62,136 nucleotides of DNA, filler included, from Choristocarpus tenellus KU-1152 (GCA_964200185.2; 7 parts of 7 records of this genome joined end to end with filler, not necessarily neighbours in it); one strand, 5' to 3'. Counted from the whole stretch's first letter, positions 13,901 through 26,463 are shown. Numbers and translations are program-made. Notes: generated by a model not told the origin, from the sequence alone.

Positions 13901-15734
13901 CAATCCTGTCCATCTTCACTAGGACCTGATCCCTAACCATGATTAGGCTTGACTCCGTGACCTGAGTCAGTGCAAACAGTATGTATTCTTGTCAGCGCAG
14001 TCACCGACCGATGCTTGCCAACAGATATACATAAATGAAATAGGAGGGATAAACATCATGGGGAGCAATCGGGCACTCAATGATGGCATACATACGAAGA
14101 TAGGTGGCAGGACATGGGGGAAAGGGGAGGTGAGGGCAGAGAGTGGGTGTGGCACAGTCTTGTCTTGCTTGTGCTATGCTATACTACACCCACTCCATCA
14201 ATCCACAATCATACAGGAGTAAAATATCAACATATTGATATGCTAGTTCTGCGTTCTGCACCTTGATAAAGAAAAAATGGTTATGTAGGACAATTTCTTA
14301 GTGAAAGTCACTGTTGAAACGATTTTGTTGATGCCATATGTCACCATCACTGCCCCTATTTCCCCTCCCGTTCTACAATACTCTGTCCAGAGACGGATGC
14401 TCTACCATTAGGGGAAACTACACACATCTATGTTGGTCTCTCTCTTCTCCTTCTGAGATATACCTCTGCCCCTCGGTAGACAAGGAGCAGGTCATCGTCC
14501 ATGATGAACATGTGCTCTTCCCCGTCGTATTTGACCTTTCGGCCACTCCACTTAGAGAATAGTACTGTGTCTCCTGGCTTAACACACATAGGTATAAGCT
14601 TACCCGTCAGGGGGTGTGTTCTCCCTTCCCCAGCACCTATCACCATTCCCTCAGTTGGCACATCCTGAGACTGCTCAGGGAAAGAAAGGTATATTTGAAC
14701 GAGGCCTAGGGTTAGAGGAGGGTCCTGATTGCCACAATCGTGAAAGCCCCTCAGGGTGGACGGGGCAGTGATGTTAGAAAAGATTAATATTCAAGGGATA
14801 GAAGTATACTTCGGTCGGGCCGGGAAGTCACTTTCCCCTGCTTCCGGGTTGTGTTGACGTTAGTCTCAGCGGATCTCTGCCTGGCAATATTTTTATACGT
14901 AGCGATAGTATACTATCATTAGACATGTGGTGAGGTCGAGTATAAGAGACATCAACCATTTTCTGGTATATGTACTGAGGAAGACTTCGATTTGCGTGGG
15001 TGAAATTTCGCCTCCTTTTCTACAGCTACAGCCTCCTGAGGAGGGTTAGCTGTATTTTGGGCATGGGAATGGATGTATCAGACAGAAGATCAAAACGATC
15101 CCCCTAACGCCCAAACAGACCTAAACCGATCCGATCCCCAACCAAGGATACCACGACTTGCACACACCTGGTCTGGGAGTACGATACCCCCGGTTGTTCT
15201 AGAAGCAACGCTAAACAACTTGACGAGGATATTGTTGCTCACAGGCTGCAATGGGGCCTCCAGGACCTTACCATCCAAAGTGTGAGTCAACTCCATCGAA
15301 ACGCTGGGGATCAAGCACGGGTATTGCGGGAAAACGAAGGGGGAGCGGAGTTTGATGGTGAGGTATAGCTTCCGGAGATAGAACAGGGTGTTGCTAGTAT
15401 AGGCCCGCAGGTAATTGGGTGTGTCGTCAACCTATCAGAAATTACACATGTAACACGTCAATACATATAGATGGACTAGGAGTCAAAATAAGCAAGAGGT
15501 AACACCTCATGAAAGATCAACGACCCCCTCGAAAATTCGTGAACCTCATTTGCAGAAGCTACTGATGACTGCAATTTCTCCCTCAGGGTATGGGTGATAC
15601 CTTGAGGTGTGGATGGTGCGTGAGGGGACAGGTCGCCCCTTCCATACAAGGCTTGTAGTCGGAGCCACGAATGCACCCGATGACGGGAGCATACCCACGC
15701 AGGAGGCCACAAATGCCAACACATACGACCTCAT
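4985..15734 (-). CDS. CPN20: Plastid-targeted co-chaperonin Cpn20 (two tandem GroES/Cpn10 domains), 6 exons
   Basis: Exons 15734-15601, 15303-15168, 14670-14464, 13961-13863, 12343-12200, 5047-4985, all GT-AG and phase-compatible. Signal peptide + SGAFVAP (ASAFAP-like) motif; domain 1 LQPVSNNILVK..RTTGGIVLPD..EGMVIGAGEGR..VKPGDTVLFSKWSG..IMDDDLL; domain 2 VRDQVLVK..ETDSGIAI..QGRVVAIGEGR..EVGDWVKFREY..IEGDAYAVIRMVDCLSSWKQ*. Confidence 0.92.
7311..7543 (+). mobile_element. MITE family A copy, left TIR internally deleted
   Basis: Same body and right TIR; flanked by ATGT on both sides; inside Cpn20 intron 5. Confidence 0.85.
8131..8203 (-). tRNA. tRNA-like sequence, anticodon GAC (Val), probably a pseudogene or SINE head
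   Basis: GGCGCCA TG GTTC AGTTGGTTA GAGC A TGTCG TTGACAT GGGTA AGGTC CCGGG TTCGAAC CCCGG TGGTACC followed by oligo-T; D and T arms fold, anticodon stem is weak, one acceptor mismatch. Confidence 0.6.
10819..10880 (-). pseudogene. Degenerate tRNA relic (loop CTGATAA)
   Basis: Perfect T arm CTGAG TTCGAAC CTCAG and 3' TGGTGCC + oligo-T like the 8131 copy; 5' half decayed. Confidence 0.5.
13549..13799 (-). mobile_element. MITE family A copy
   Basis: Reverse orientation, TSD TTT; inside Cpn20 intron 4. Confidence 0.88.
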
Positions 15735-15945
15735 GGTTGCAGTATCTATACGACAACCACACTTCCACTGGATGACAAGTTTGAAAGCGTTGAGCGTGTC
15801 TGGGGTTGTGTGATCACTTTCAGACCCCGTTCAGCGGCTCTCTACTTGCCGTTAATGAACGGACTTCAACGCGACCCGTCCATTTCGCAACCTCGATACC
15901 TACAAACTGCACTTGGCGATCTTCACACAGCACACCAGAGTAGCT
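15735..15945. promoter_or_regulatory. Putative bidirectional promoter between Cpn20 and the CRM gene
   Basis: Only 211 bp separate two divergent ATGs; no specific motif identified. Confidence 0.55.
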
Positions 15946-17347
15946 ATGCGCTCTGCGATTGCAGGGGCTTTATCTTTTCTCTATTTGGCTATCTCTGCAG
16001 AGTCGTTTGCGGGACGAAGGACCTTAGCACCTTGTTGGCACGCTAGAAGGGTCTGCTCGACCTTTCTAGTTGCCTACTCGCCAAAATTGCGGCATGATGA
16101 ACGGCATGGTAAGCCCTCTTGCTTCTCCAGCTTAAGAAGTAGCTCTCAGATTTCTGCGCAAGGTGGGTTAAATTCTGAGAGGTGTGGAGCTTGGATCGTA
16201 ACACGTGGGACAGGCGAAGATGGCGCCAGTGATGGCATGGAGGCTATACCCGAGTCTGAGACGTCCGTTGCTGGCAGAGTGACTTCAAACGATGATAGGC
16301 TCGAGGTAGGTTTTGCTAACAGATCGATCGGGTGTCAACTTAGAAAATATTCCCACGCATCTTGATTCTTCTCCCCTACTCGTTGCAACCCTGTGAGCAT
16401 TCTGATAAGCAACCACAACAAACGCCACACCTCCAAACCCTCAGGAGTTATGGAGAAAGCCCAAGAAACATTTGATGAGCATCGGTAGGGAGGGGGTCAA
16501 GCATAGCCACAGGCGCTCGTTAGTGGAGCTAGTCAAGGCGCACTCCCTTGTCAAGGTCAAGGTAGGGAAGGAAATGACCTCGGCGTTGAGGTCTCATGGT
16601 AGATGTTGTGTCACTCACCACATCCTCAGTCACGAGCTATACTCCCCTCGCACAGCCCCCTCATGCACATTCTCCTCCCCCTCTCTGCATCCTCGACTCT
16701 GTTTAACCTCATCCTTCCTCCCCAGTTGTTCTCCTTCAATGTCCTCTCGACATCCTTTCCGTTCCCCACCCCCACCTTCTCCAATGCCCTAGGCTGTTTT
16801 TTCCCCCTTCCCTGTCCTCCCTTATCTCTTGGTAATCCAAGTAAGCTATTTTATTTCGTCTGCTCGCTACAAACCTAGCTCCAACTGGTGCTGAGAACTC
16901 GGAGAAGTATGCAGAGGAAAATGAAAACATGCTTCCGAAGTGGTGTTTTATTCAGTAGGGCGAGGGCTACACGTTGACACTTCTACGATGAATCGTTGAG
17001 TGACGTATGCTACAGGTAACAGAACCGGTAATATATTTTCATCCTCTATACAACCCATTGGTGGATGTCCCACAGAATTGTAACCAAGGCAACCCCATCC
17101 TGATTGTGCCTCCCTATCTCGCCTTTGCTGTCAGGTAATTCCCAAGAAAGGTGTAGATATTGCTGAAGCTGGCAGGCAACTTTGTGAGAGAGTGGGCGTG
17201 GAGGGAGGAAAGGGTGGAAAGTTGGGAGATGAAAAGGCCCAGCTTTCCGCTGAGCCTCTGGTTGGTGTGATAATGATCCGTCCATCCAGTGGATTGATCC
17301 TTTTTGGAGAGGCGGAGTTTGTGAAGTCCCTGGAGTTGAAAGCATGA
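15946..17347 (+). CDS. Plastid-targeted CRM/YhbY-domain RNA-binding protein, 3 exons
   Basis: Exons 15946-16305, 16445-16561, 17135-17347 (phase 0, GT-AG). Signal peptide MRSAIAGALSFLYLAISAES-F; KKHLMSIGREGVKHSHRRSLVELVKAHSLVKVKV matches the CRM/YhbY pattern (V.IGK.G...HELIKVK); C-terminal LILF strand. Confidence 0.78.
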
Positions 17348-19844
17348 AGTACTTGGTTATAGAAGCAATTACAGAATTTAGGGTTTGTGTGGATGAGATG
17401 GAGATGAGTATCTTGTCAATTTTGAACACCAACAGTGTAGTGTATTTTTCCTGTGTGGTATGGAGACTATAGAGTGCAGCTCGTGAAGTTTCTTGTTGCT
17501 GGCTTGGCTGCTCTGACCTTGTGCCATGTCATCATTGTCACTTGGGGGAATGAACGATCAAATAGACGTTCTCTTTGTGATTTGTTGGCTGCACAACAGA
17601 CAGGAACAATTGAACCAAAGAACCAGAACGTGCTGCTTCAATGAAGAGTTATTGTACGTGCTTGCTTTTCTCCGAGAATGTCAAGTCATTGACTATGCAC
17701 ATGTTTTCAAGGTACACAATATCCTCTCAGTTAAACCCTTGTCCAGAAGTCACTGTGGGCTCATTGAAACACACGATACTGTAATCAAATACTGAAAGGT
17801 TTTTCGCCTTGGGTGTATGATGCCTAATTCATGGTTCAATCTAACACTATATTGCAGTTAGATGACGCATGTGTTTTCGATGGCAGCTACTACTTTGTAT
17901 GAATGCACTACTACATCATACTGCTCCAAGCATTTGCACTGACAGCTCATCCTGAAAATACACCCCCAGTGGTGTTCATGCTAGTGTCAGTACTACAGTA
18001 TTAGCAGGATCCTGTTCATTGTGACACCCTCCCCTTGCTCAAAGCAATTAAACTGCAGCGCCTCATCAAGCATGTACCTGTGTTCTTGACTGTGTACCAA
18101 TGGCTCATCCTTTCCTGGATTGTCTCACATGGCAAAAGTGGCTGGTATATCAGTCCTTTTGTAGGTGGAATAATAGTTGTGTCAACACCCTTTCCTTGAT
18201 TCGAAATATTGCTTACAATAAAAAAAATAAAAGAATTGAGCTGAAGTAAACTAGAGGTACTCAGTTCTTGACCGTTTTGCATTATAGACCAGTTTTTCAA
18301 TCTTTGGCAATTCACCCATATATCTATGGATGTAGTGCCATGTATTAATTGAGTGAGTTGATTGATTCTCTACTAAATCGAAGTTTTTGACACAATTCGG
18401 AACATATTCTATACACATTTGATTTTTTTTTAATGTTGATTTTGCTAACATCCTTAAAAATGCAAACCTGGGTACCTTTTATGTAATCTTGACTCATTGA
18501 CAGCTATGCACCTCCGTTCTTGACCATGTTATCAGAGGTAGAGCTTCGCAATATCATAAACTTCACCCAAGCTCTCTTGCAGTGCAACCCGAAATATTCA
18601 TCCTACGTGTCTTGCCTAATCATGCTGAGGTGTCCCACTCAGTTGTTCATTGTCGTAATAATCACATGTAAGGCTGTACCTATTTCTATCTTGGAAGTGA
18701 GGACCTTTCTTTGAACTCTCCAAAATTTTCTCATCAGAATGTGTAAGATATAAACCCCTATGAATTCCTTCCGGACTAAGGATGGCGACGATGCATTTCT
18801 CGAGGTGGGTTGGTAGAGTCCATCCATGCTTTGCAAGTGGAGGCAAATGCCTACTTTGCCTTGACGTGATCTTTTTCGGTGGCCCTATCACATTTTACTG
18901 GTGTCTTGCCACTCACGGGGATTAGGGCCTCCACTATCAACTGGTGCCGTGTTCCAGTCCTCCCTTTGCCCCCAAGGACCATATTGTGGCAAACCAGTCA
19001 ACAAAGTTGCTGGGGGTCAGTGCGGGGACTGTGTCATATACATATATGCTCCTTGTCCTACTGCTCAAGTTGTGCTCTCCTAGGTAGGATAAATTTGTTC
19101 AAGCATAATCTTAGTGTACAACTTTTATCCTGATTTCATTTTTGACTCAATGGAACACATGATGACTGAATTGTTGTTTACCTTGGGTATGATATGATGC
19201 ACTGATTCGCATCATGCCCTGCTACAAGCACTTTGATAAATGTGTATATTCTGACTTAGAAACTCTAAGTATACCTACTACTATTGCATTATGTGAAAAT
19301 ATCACCTCTGATGATCATGCTTGTATCTGTAGCATGATATGATATGAGCAGGATCGCGTTCATTGGGACATTCATCCCCCTTGGCCTGTTACTTCCACTC
19401 ACTGGATATGTATGTGCCACCTTGTGGAATCGAGGCACGTAGTTTTGTATCTACTAGGGTGGTTGGAGTGCGACTGATTTGTTCACTTAGGAATACAGCT
19501 CAGGTGTGGAATTTAATGAAGTATTTTCAGGGGGGATGGCATTGGGAAATTGGGAAGTCAGTACAGTTTCAACAAATGCTAGCTAACAACGAAATCAATG
19601 AAGTCACCTTCACCAACACCTCAGAGCAATAGGATCGCTTGAAAGGTCCATCAGGAAGGTTATAGTGGTTGCGAGGAGCCACCCGGTGAAAGTGACCTGG
19701 GCAAACCGTTGTGCTTGCCATGTTGAATTGGATAGTCAAAATCAGATTTCTGAAAAATGAAGTTTGTTGTAAAGGGGTTCGAACCCTCGAAATCCACGTG
19801 ATAACTCCTTCAAGCTGATACAAAATAATGAAACCAAAAAATAT

Positions 19845-19902
19845 TGCTTCGAATGTGAGTCGAGCTTCAGTCGTACGCTCTAACCAACTGAGCTACCGAA
19901 GC
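19845..19902 (-). pseudogene. Internally deleted tRNA-Phe(GAA)-like pseudogene
   Basis: GCTTCGGTAGCTCAGTTGGTTAGAGCGTACGACTGAAG then a jump to ..TCGACTC..TTCGAAGCA; acceptor ends pair, the 3' anticodon stem and variable loop are missing. Confidence 0.62.
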
Positions 19903-20018
19903 TTACGATTACTTCGATACCATCCTGGTTTTCAACAGTCTACTACCATACATCATATCTGACGATTTACACATGTGTTCGGGGAAAAACCAATGAAAAC
20001 CATTCTAATGTAAGAACA

Positions 20019-20500
20019 ACCCCTGAAAAGTAACAGTTATAAATGTGAAAGACCTTTTTCTACCATCTATTTCCTATTTTACTACCACCCATGCTACACC
20101 ACTCCCCTCCTGTGCCTCCAACCCAACTTAGCCCTGCATCCCACAGCGAGGAGCTAGGGAAACACCCAAGAATCTAACAAGCCCCTCCTTATATTATTAT
20201 GTCCTCTGACATTTTGAGATATGTGAGATAAATATCCAGACCAAATTCACCAGGACCCCTGTAAAAATAACATTTCGGGTAAATGTGAAAGATTCCTCTC
20301 TAGTAAAGCCCATTTACTATTAGAGTACCAGCTAGACTAGAACACTCCCCGAAAGATTGGTATTACAATGTTAGGCGTATATTGCTGCTATGCCTCCAAC
20401 CTAGCTTAGCCCTACACAACTGGGCGAGGAGCTAGGGAAGTATCCCAACAACTTTATAGTCCCCTTCTTGCCCATCTGCTTTGTGTCTCTAGCTTCAAAC
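20019..20500 (+). repeat. Degenerate direct repeats (two adjacent units about 240-280 bp apart; third partial copy at about 21415-21500)
   Basis: Shared blocks CCCCTG.AAA..TAAATGTGAAAGA, TGCCTCCAACC...CTTAGCCCT, GCGAGGA.CTA.GGAA and CCCCTTCTTGCCCA. Confidence 0.62.
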
Positions 20501-21051
20501 GCAAGACACGTCTTTATAGAGCTACTTGCGTAGTGACTGACACTACTTGTCGTAAGTGCCTTTCCTGCTATAACCTTCCACCCCTCCCCCCCACACTGCA
20601 TGTATAGCCAACTCGTCCAGAAAAATTTCTACTTACGTACTGAGGTTCCCAAAACTCCCCACCACGAAGGTGCCCAGGTTATAAACACGAGGGTATTAAG
20701 AACCCTCATAATGGTTGCACTTTCGTGCCTCAGTTGCAGCAGCAGCTACACCACTGCTGGTGGATGAGATTGGCAGATGGGATGCTGCTTGTACTAATGC
20801 AAACGCAACATCCAGGAGGAGGCCTTTGTTGTGGCAAGGAGCTGATCCACCGTGCACATATATATGCACTCTGTATGTTGTAGTATATTTCATACTCAGT
20901 ATATTATTATGCCCTCTAACACTTTGTAGTTGTGTCTCGTCACATAATTATCCCTCGGGCATTTTGCAGATGTGTAGGAGGAAGGGAAACCAAGACCAAA
21001 TCTGTATGACAAGAACTACCATGGATATAATAGTTGTAGTCAAGGCTAAAA

Positions 21052-21303
21052 GAGCCAAAATAGGGTAGAGCCGCGTCCATTTGGGGACCAAAATGTAATG
21101 TTGCGATTTTGATGTAATTTTGGCTATCTTGTTTGTTAGGAAGTGTCAATATCCTTGTTCCGGACACACCTTTTCATAAATTATACATTTTACCTACTCC
21201 TATACATTTTGGAGTAGGAAAATGTAATAAAAAAACACGTGGGAAGCCAAGCCCCAAATGAACAAACAGGGCAAAACTCGTACCCTCTAACATACTTTCA
21301 CTC
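21052..21303 (-). mobile_element. MITE family A copy
   Basis: Reverse orientation, TSD AAA. Confidence 0.9.
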
Positions 21304-22273
21304 AAAATACCTCCTAAAGTAAGTATCATACTATAACAATACCACAATGATGTCCCCTCCTTCGAGATACTAACCAATGCACACACTACTACTTCCCAAT
21401 CATACGATATAAAGGTGAGCGAGGAACTACGGAAGCATCCCAAAAATCTGTGAGACCCCTTCTTGCCCACCTCCCCAGTATCTCGAACTTGAAACGCATG
21501 TGTTACATCACGCCCCAAAAGCTTACCTCCATGGGATGTATAGCTCCAATCCACAGACAGGCTTATAGATGACGCTGATGCTCGTACAAGCCTCCCAGGA
21601 TATTCCGAAAGTCAAAAGGTCCAACGAAAGTCAGGTCAGCAGGTAAAGAATACTTTCTGAATCAGTAGACACTATACAGAGAATATGGTGTCAGTCAATA
21701 ATCAGAAAGTGAACTGTGTTCTATGTAAACTCCATTCACCGTTTATTTTTATTTACAGACGTTAAGATACATCTCCAAACCGTTTCATATATACCCAAGT
21801 TACAGATCTTATTTCACAACTTCTAGCAAATCGGAGTTCCCTCTTAAGGGGTTCCCCATACGTGTAAAATACTCGAGCTTATAAGAGCGTGGGAAGAAAT
21901 CTTACGCTATTCATCTGTAACACATGAAGCATCTCGAAAGAGCCACTTGTCCAGTGACGGATACTCTGTCTCTGACTGACAACCCATTTAAGACAAATAA
22001 CCCCCAACCCCTCTCCTCCTACTGCATTGGTGGTCGACCCCATCTTTGAAACTCTCTGCTTGTCTACTAAGGCACCCAATAACTTTCCATCCTGGTGATT
22101 TTGAGATTAATACTACGAGGAGGGTTAAAATATCCCTCATGGTGAATGCACTTTCACGCCTTGCCTGTAGCCACAGCAACACCGTTGGTGGATGAGTGGG
22201 TCAAACGACGGACTTCCTGGACCTCTGCAAAAGCATCACCCAGAAGTAGGCATTTGTCATTGAAGGGAGCTGA

Positions 22274-22463
22274 GAGTGAAGTATCTTAGGGGGTACGATT
22301 TTTGCCCTGTTTGTCCAATGGGGGCTTGGCTTCGCACAGTTTCTTGACATTTTCCTATCCCAAAATGTTTTGGAGTAGGTAAAATGTAATAAAAAAACTC
22401 GTGGCAAGTCAAGCCCCAAATGGACAAGCAGGGCAAAACTCTTACCCTCAAAGTTATTTTCAC
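22274..22463. mobile_element. MITE family A palindromic derivative (left arm duplicated on both sides)
   Basis: Left half up to the internal hairpin followed by the reverse complement of the left half; flanked by TGA. Confidence 0.85.
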
Positions 22464-23712
22464 TGATATGTGGTCCTGATATGGACTCCCCACGTGTTGA
22501 ATGACCAAAGATTGGCAATTAAATTAACCTCTAATGTATCATATTATGCTGGTACTTCGATACTCAGCACTATATATAAGATAAAGGTAGAGCTCCAGTA
22601 ACGGTTTCCACCAGCATGGAGCACACCACTCTCATTTTTGTCGATTCAGCTGTGTGGTAGTTATGTTAAGTATCTTCATAGACCCCCTGGAAATTGCATG
22701 ATGCTTAATCATCTTTGCCTGGAATAAGATAAACTTAAATTGTCTGAACCAGATGGAGTCTTTGTTTGACAGACACACTCTACTACCAAGAGTGCGCATT
22801 TTTCCACTGTGAGGGTCATTGTTGAACATTTCAATGTACTTCTGATGCGTAAGTCGTAACCTTGATATAACGTAATGTGTAGGCTTACAGACAGACAGGC
22901 AGGCAGATATCAGACTCTGCGAATTTCATCTTTACAGGGATCTTTTACTCCTTTGTGTCTCTGTGTCTTACAATGCCCACAACGATTTCGTAGTCACAAA
23001 ACGAGTCAAACCGCCTGAGAGGTAGGTCGGGTTGCACTTCAAGGATCCTGAGAAAGGGCAAAAAACGCCCAAGCTGAATTGTGGTGATACTTTGTGGAAG
23101 TATTGATTTAGCGCACACTATTGTGCACACAAAGCAATGAAATAGGTTATACATTACACAGGGTAAGAGAGACGGCTTAGAATGCAAGAGGGTCCAAACC
23201 AGCCTACCTTTCCATTTGTTTGGCTCAATAACGTTTCCGTTTATAGAGAGCCACTCCCACTTTCATGTCTTCTGCACTGTTACAATATATTCGAATGTAC
23301 TGAGGTACTCAACCGATGACTCCTCCTGGTTTGGTAGCCAAAAACTGTTACTACATGTATGTGTCTCTTCTGCCTCCCTCACCCATTTGGTCGCCTGAGG
23401 TGTAGGGATACTCTGCCTTGTTCACGGCCAAAGAAGACCATTTGCCCCAGGTATTGACTTTTCTTTTTCTCCAAGGGAATGCTGCTCAAGACTAACTCCA
23501 TGTCAAGTACGAACTTCTCACCAATGCCAACAAAAGACAGCACTCTGCGAGTGCCCCTTGTCAACTCCTTGCAAGGGTTGAGATTAGCCCCTGATCATAA
23601 ACAGTGGATACACACACACGAACATCACCACCTAAAAGGGTAGTGAGGACACAGAGAATGTGTTCACCCAGTGAGCACAACCCGTGACAAAAAATGCATG
23701 AGGACACCAGGG

Positions 23713-23751
23713 GGGTACAGGCTCCCGGTACAGGCTCCCGGTACAGGCTCC
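23713..23751 (+). repeat. 13-bp tandem repeat (GGTACAGGCTCCC)x3 in the Prx-Trx 3' UTR
   Basis: Read directly from the sequence, about 20 bp past the stop codon. Confidence 0.85.
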
Positions 23752-23769
23752 CACTACACCCTTCCTTGA

Positions 23770-25732
23770 TCACGATCCACTCAAGGCTTTCACAGCCTCC
23801 TTCAACATCTTTTTTTTGTAGCCCAACACCGGGTCTTGTACTTCCTTACCCCCCTTGAAGAAGCGGAATGCTGGGAGAGCCTCAATCCCAAGCTCTGCTG
23901 AGAGTTCTGACAGTCCCTCCTCTGCAGTGGAAGGGTGGGAGGCAAAGGCAACGGTGTAGACACAATACAAATAAGAGTGAAGCAGGGCTTTGAGTCTGAC
24001 CTCAGGGAGGGCTGTGGCTCATTAACAGCAGTAACATCTCTGAGAGTGCAGAAAGGGCTCCATTTATCTCAGAAGCTTACGCCCCATCACAACCCTCCCC
24101 CCCCCCCCCCCCCCCCCCCCACCCCCNNNNNNNNNNTCACAACATGTGAAAAAAAGGGTCCAATTCACCAAACAGTGTGCACCCCCACCAAACCCCCCCC
24201 CACCCCCCCCCCAGATACTTTGACCCACATACCAGATGTGCTAGGACAACTGCCTATTAGTCCAAAATACAAAACAAGCAAGCAATCAGGGCATGCAAAA
24301 CCCACAATCAATTTCCCCCTTCCATAACCCTAACCACCTCTAAACAAAAAAATAGGAGCAACCTGGACCAAACAAGCAGAGCTAATCTCCATGTCTACGC
24401 AGATTCAAGTCACAAACAATACCTTGCCCCTCCCCCCTCTAACACACAACCTCCTTCACCGAACACTCAGTCCAAGACCTACCTTGTTAAAAGAAAGTGA
24501 TGTTCCCAAGAATTGTGAATTTATATGACTCGATTAATACTTGTTGCATAGAACAGGTTGTAGATGAAGTAAGGAAGGTGAAAGGAGGAGCGAACATCCA
24601 AGCTCAAAGGAGAGGGGGGGGGGGGGGGCNNNNNNNNNNGAGGGAGAGAGAAAGAAAGGGAGGGGGAAGAGACACCAAACAACGAAGGGGAGGGGGGGGG
24701 GGGGGGGGGGGGTCCTTGCCACCAAACCAATCCTATTCTGTGAATGACTAATCAAACTAGTCACAGATTACTTCCCACAACACCTTCTTCCTATTCCTGA
24801 ACTCTTCCATATTCTAGTTCAGGGGAGTGCATCAAGAATATGCCTTTTGTTCATATCCTCAACATACCTGTGGTGTCAAACTTGGCAAATTTCACCCCTG
24901 GGTACTCTTCGCTGAGCTCATTCACATAGGGCATCATCTGTCGGCACTTCCCACAGTGAGGGGCAACAAAATCCACAACCACCATGCTGTCGGGGTCACC
25001 AACAAGGTCCTTATACTCCCTCGGCGAAGAGATAACGGTCACCTTGCCCCCTGCCTATTTTTCCCATCAGATTTGTAAAAAATAAGTAAAATGCACGTGC
25101 GTGTAAGATTGGTGTGAATATTATTTTTTTTGTTTAATGCCTGCCTGCTTACCTACCTACCACCAGTTCATGATTAATCTTTGACATGAAGCAGGGGGGC
25201 ATTTCAAGGGTATACCTTGAGGGTGTATCACGGGAGGAAGGCGTGTGCACTATGGATGTGTGTGCATCACTGTAGGGCAGGGCCTGACCCATTTTTCACA
25301 TGGATAATGGTAAGCCAAAAATGGACACCCTGGTGTAGACCCCCCCTACGAGCAATAGCAACAATAACAACAACAATAATAATAATAATAAAATAGTATA
25401 TTCGAGGACACACACCACCACTACGTCAATAAAAAAAAAAATTGTTTGCAGTTGCGAGCTGAGAGCTCAAGACTACACAATCACAACAAAAAAAGAAAAT
25501 TAGTTGCAAAGGCAAGCACAAAGGCATACACACACACACACACCGCGAGAGGGTCATCTTCGCTCTCTGTAGCCCCAGACGCAAAGTACTCTTGGGATGC
25601 ATCGAGGCCAGGTTTCATTGTTCTGTCTCCTGGCTTCCATCCCGCTGGGCACACCTGCCGTCGCAATAAACACAAGGCAGGGAGGCAAGCAAGTGAGACC
25701 GGGCACACACCCACATGGCAGTACTACTAGTT

Positions 25733-25766
<34 letters not shown>

Positions 25767-26158
25767 TAAAAAATCCTTATCCTTATTCCTGAAAAAAAAA
25801 CCCAACCAAAAGAGAAAAAAAAAGTACGAATAAAGAACCCACGTTTTTCCAGACGTAAGAAAAAAAACCCTTCAACTAATATTATTAATAAAAATAACAT
25901 CTTTTTGTCGAATCCCAGTTGCTCGCAGGCTACCACCGCTGAGTACTGGAATAGAAGTAGTGCAACAGTGAAGGAGATAAGCCATATCCAAAGAGACAGT
26001 TACCGACACGCCCCTCTTACTACAAGGCACATAAAACAAAAAAAACACTGAACCCCCGCAAGAATATAAAAAATAAAAAGTTTTAGATATGCACGCAGAG
26101 AGCAGATGAATGCCATTTCAAACACATTCCCCTTTAGAATAAAATTCCCCCCCTGCCG

Positions 26159-26195
<37 letters not shown>

Positions 26196-26463
26196 AATAT
26201 TCTAAAAAAAGTTCTCCACCCACGGTTTCAAAAATGCCAGAGCTCTTCAAAAAAAATAAAAAAATACTACTTACTACTACTACTACTACACACACGGAAG
26301 ACTATAGATACAACTCATTATTATTATTAGTAGTAGTATTATGATGATGATGATGATTATTATTATTTTTTACCTCCCCATGCTCTGCCAAAAACTGGTG
26401 AGCCTGAATGAGACGAAGAGTCTCGTCCACACTTCGCCCAATGCCCAGGTTATTGATTGTAAC
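23770..26463 (-). CDS. Typical 2-Cys peroxiredoxin (AhpC/Prx1) fused to a C-terminal thioredoxin domain; 5' exons missing at contig end
   Basis: Exons 26463-26374 ([30 protein letters not shown]), 25654-25544 ([24 protein letters not shown]...), 25054-24868 (..[39 protein letters not shown]), 23921-23770 ([28 protein letters not shown]). Prx GRSVDE motif, resolving-Cys VCP motif and YF helix; Trx CxxC and cis-Pro (ALPAF) motifs; splice phases 0/0/1 are compatible. Confidence 0.86.

Noticed and set aside
16879-16980. Alternative third exon of the CRM gene
   Set aside because: Its in-phase translation has no CRM similarity, whereas 17135-17347 completes the fold.
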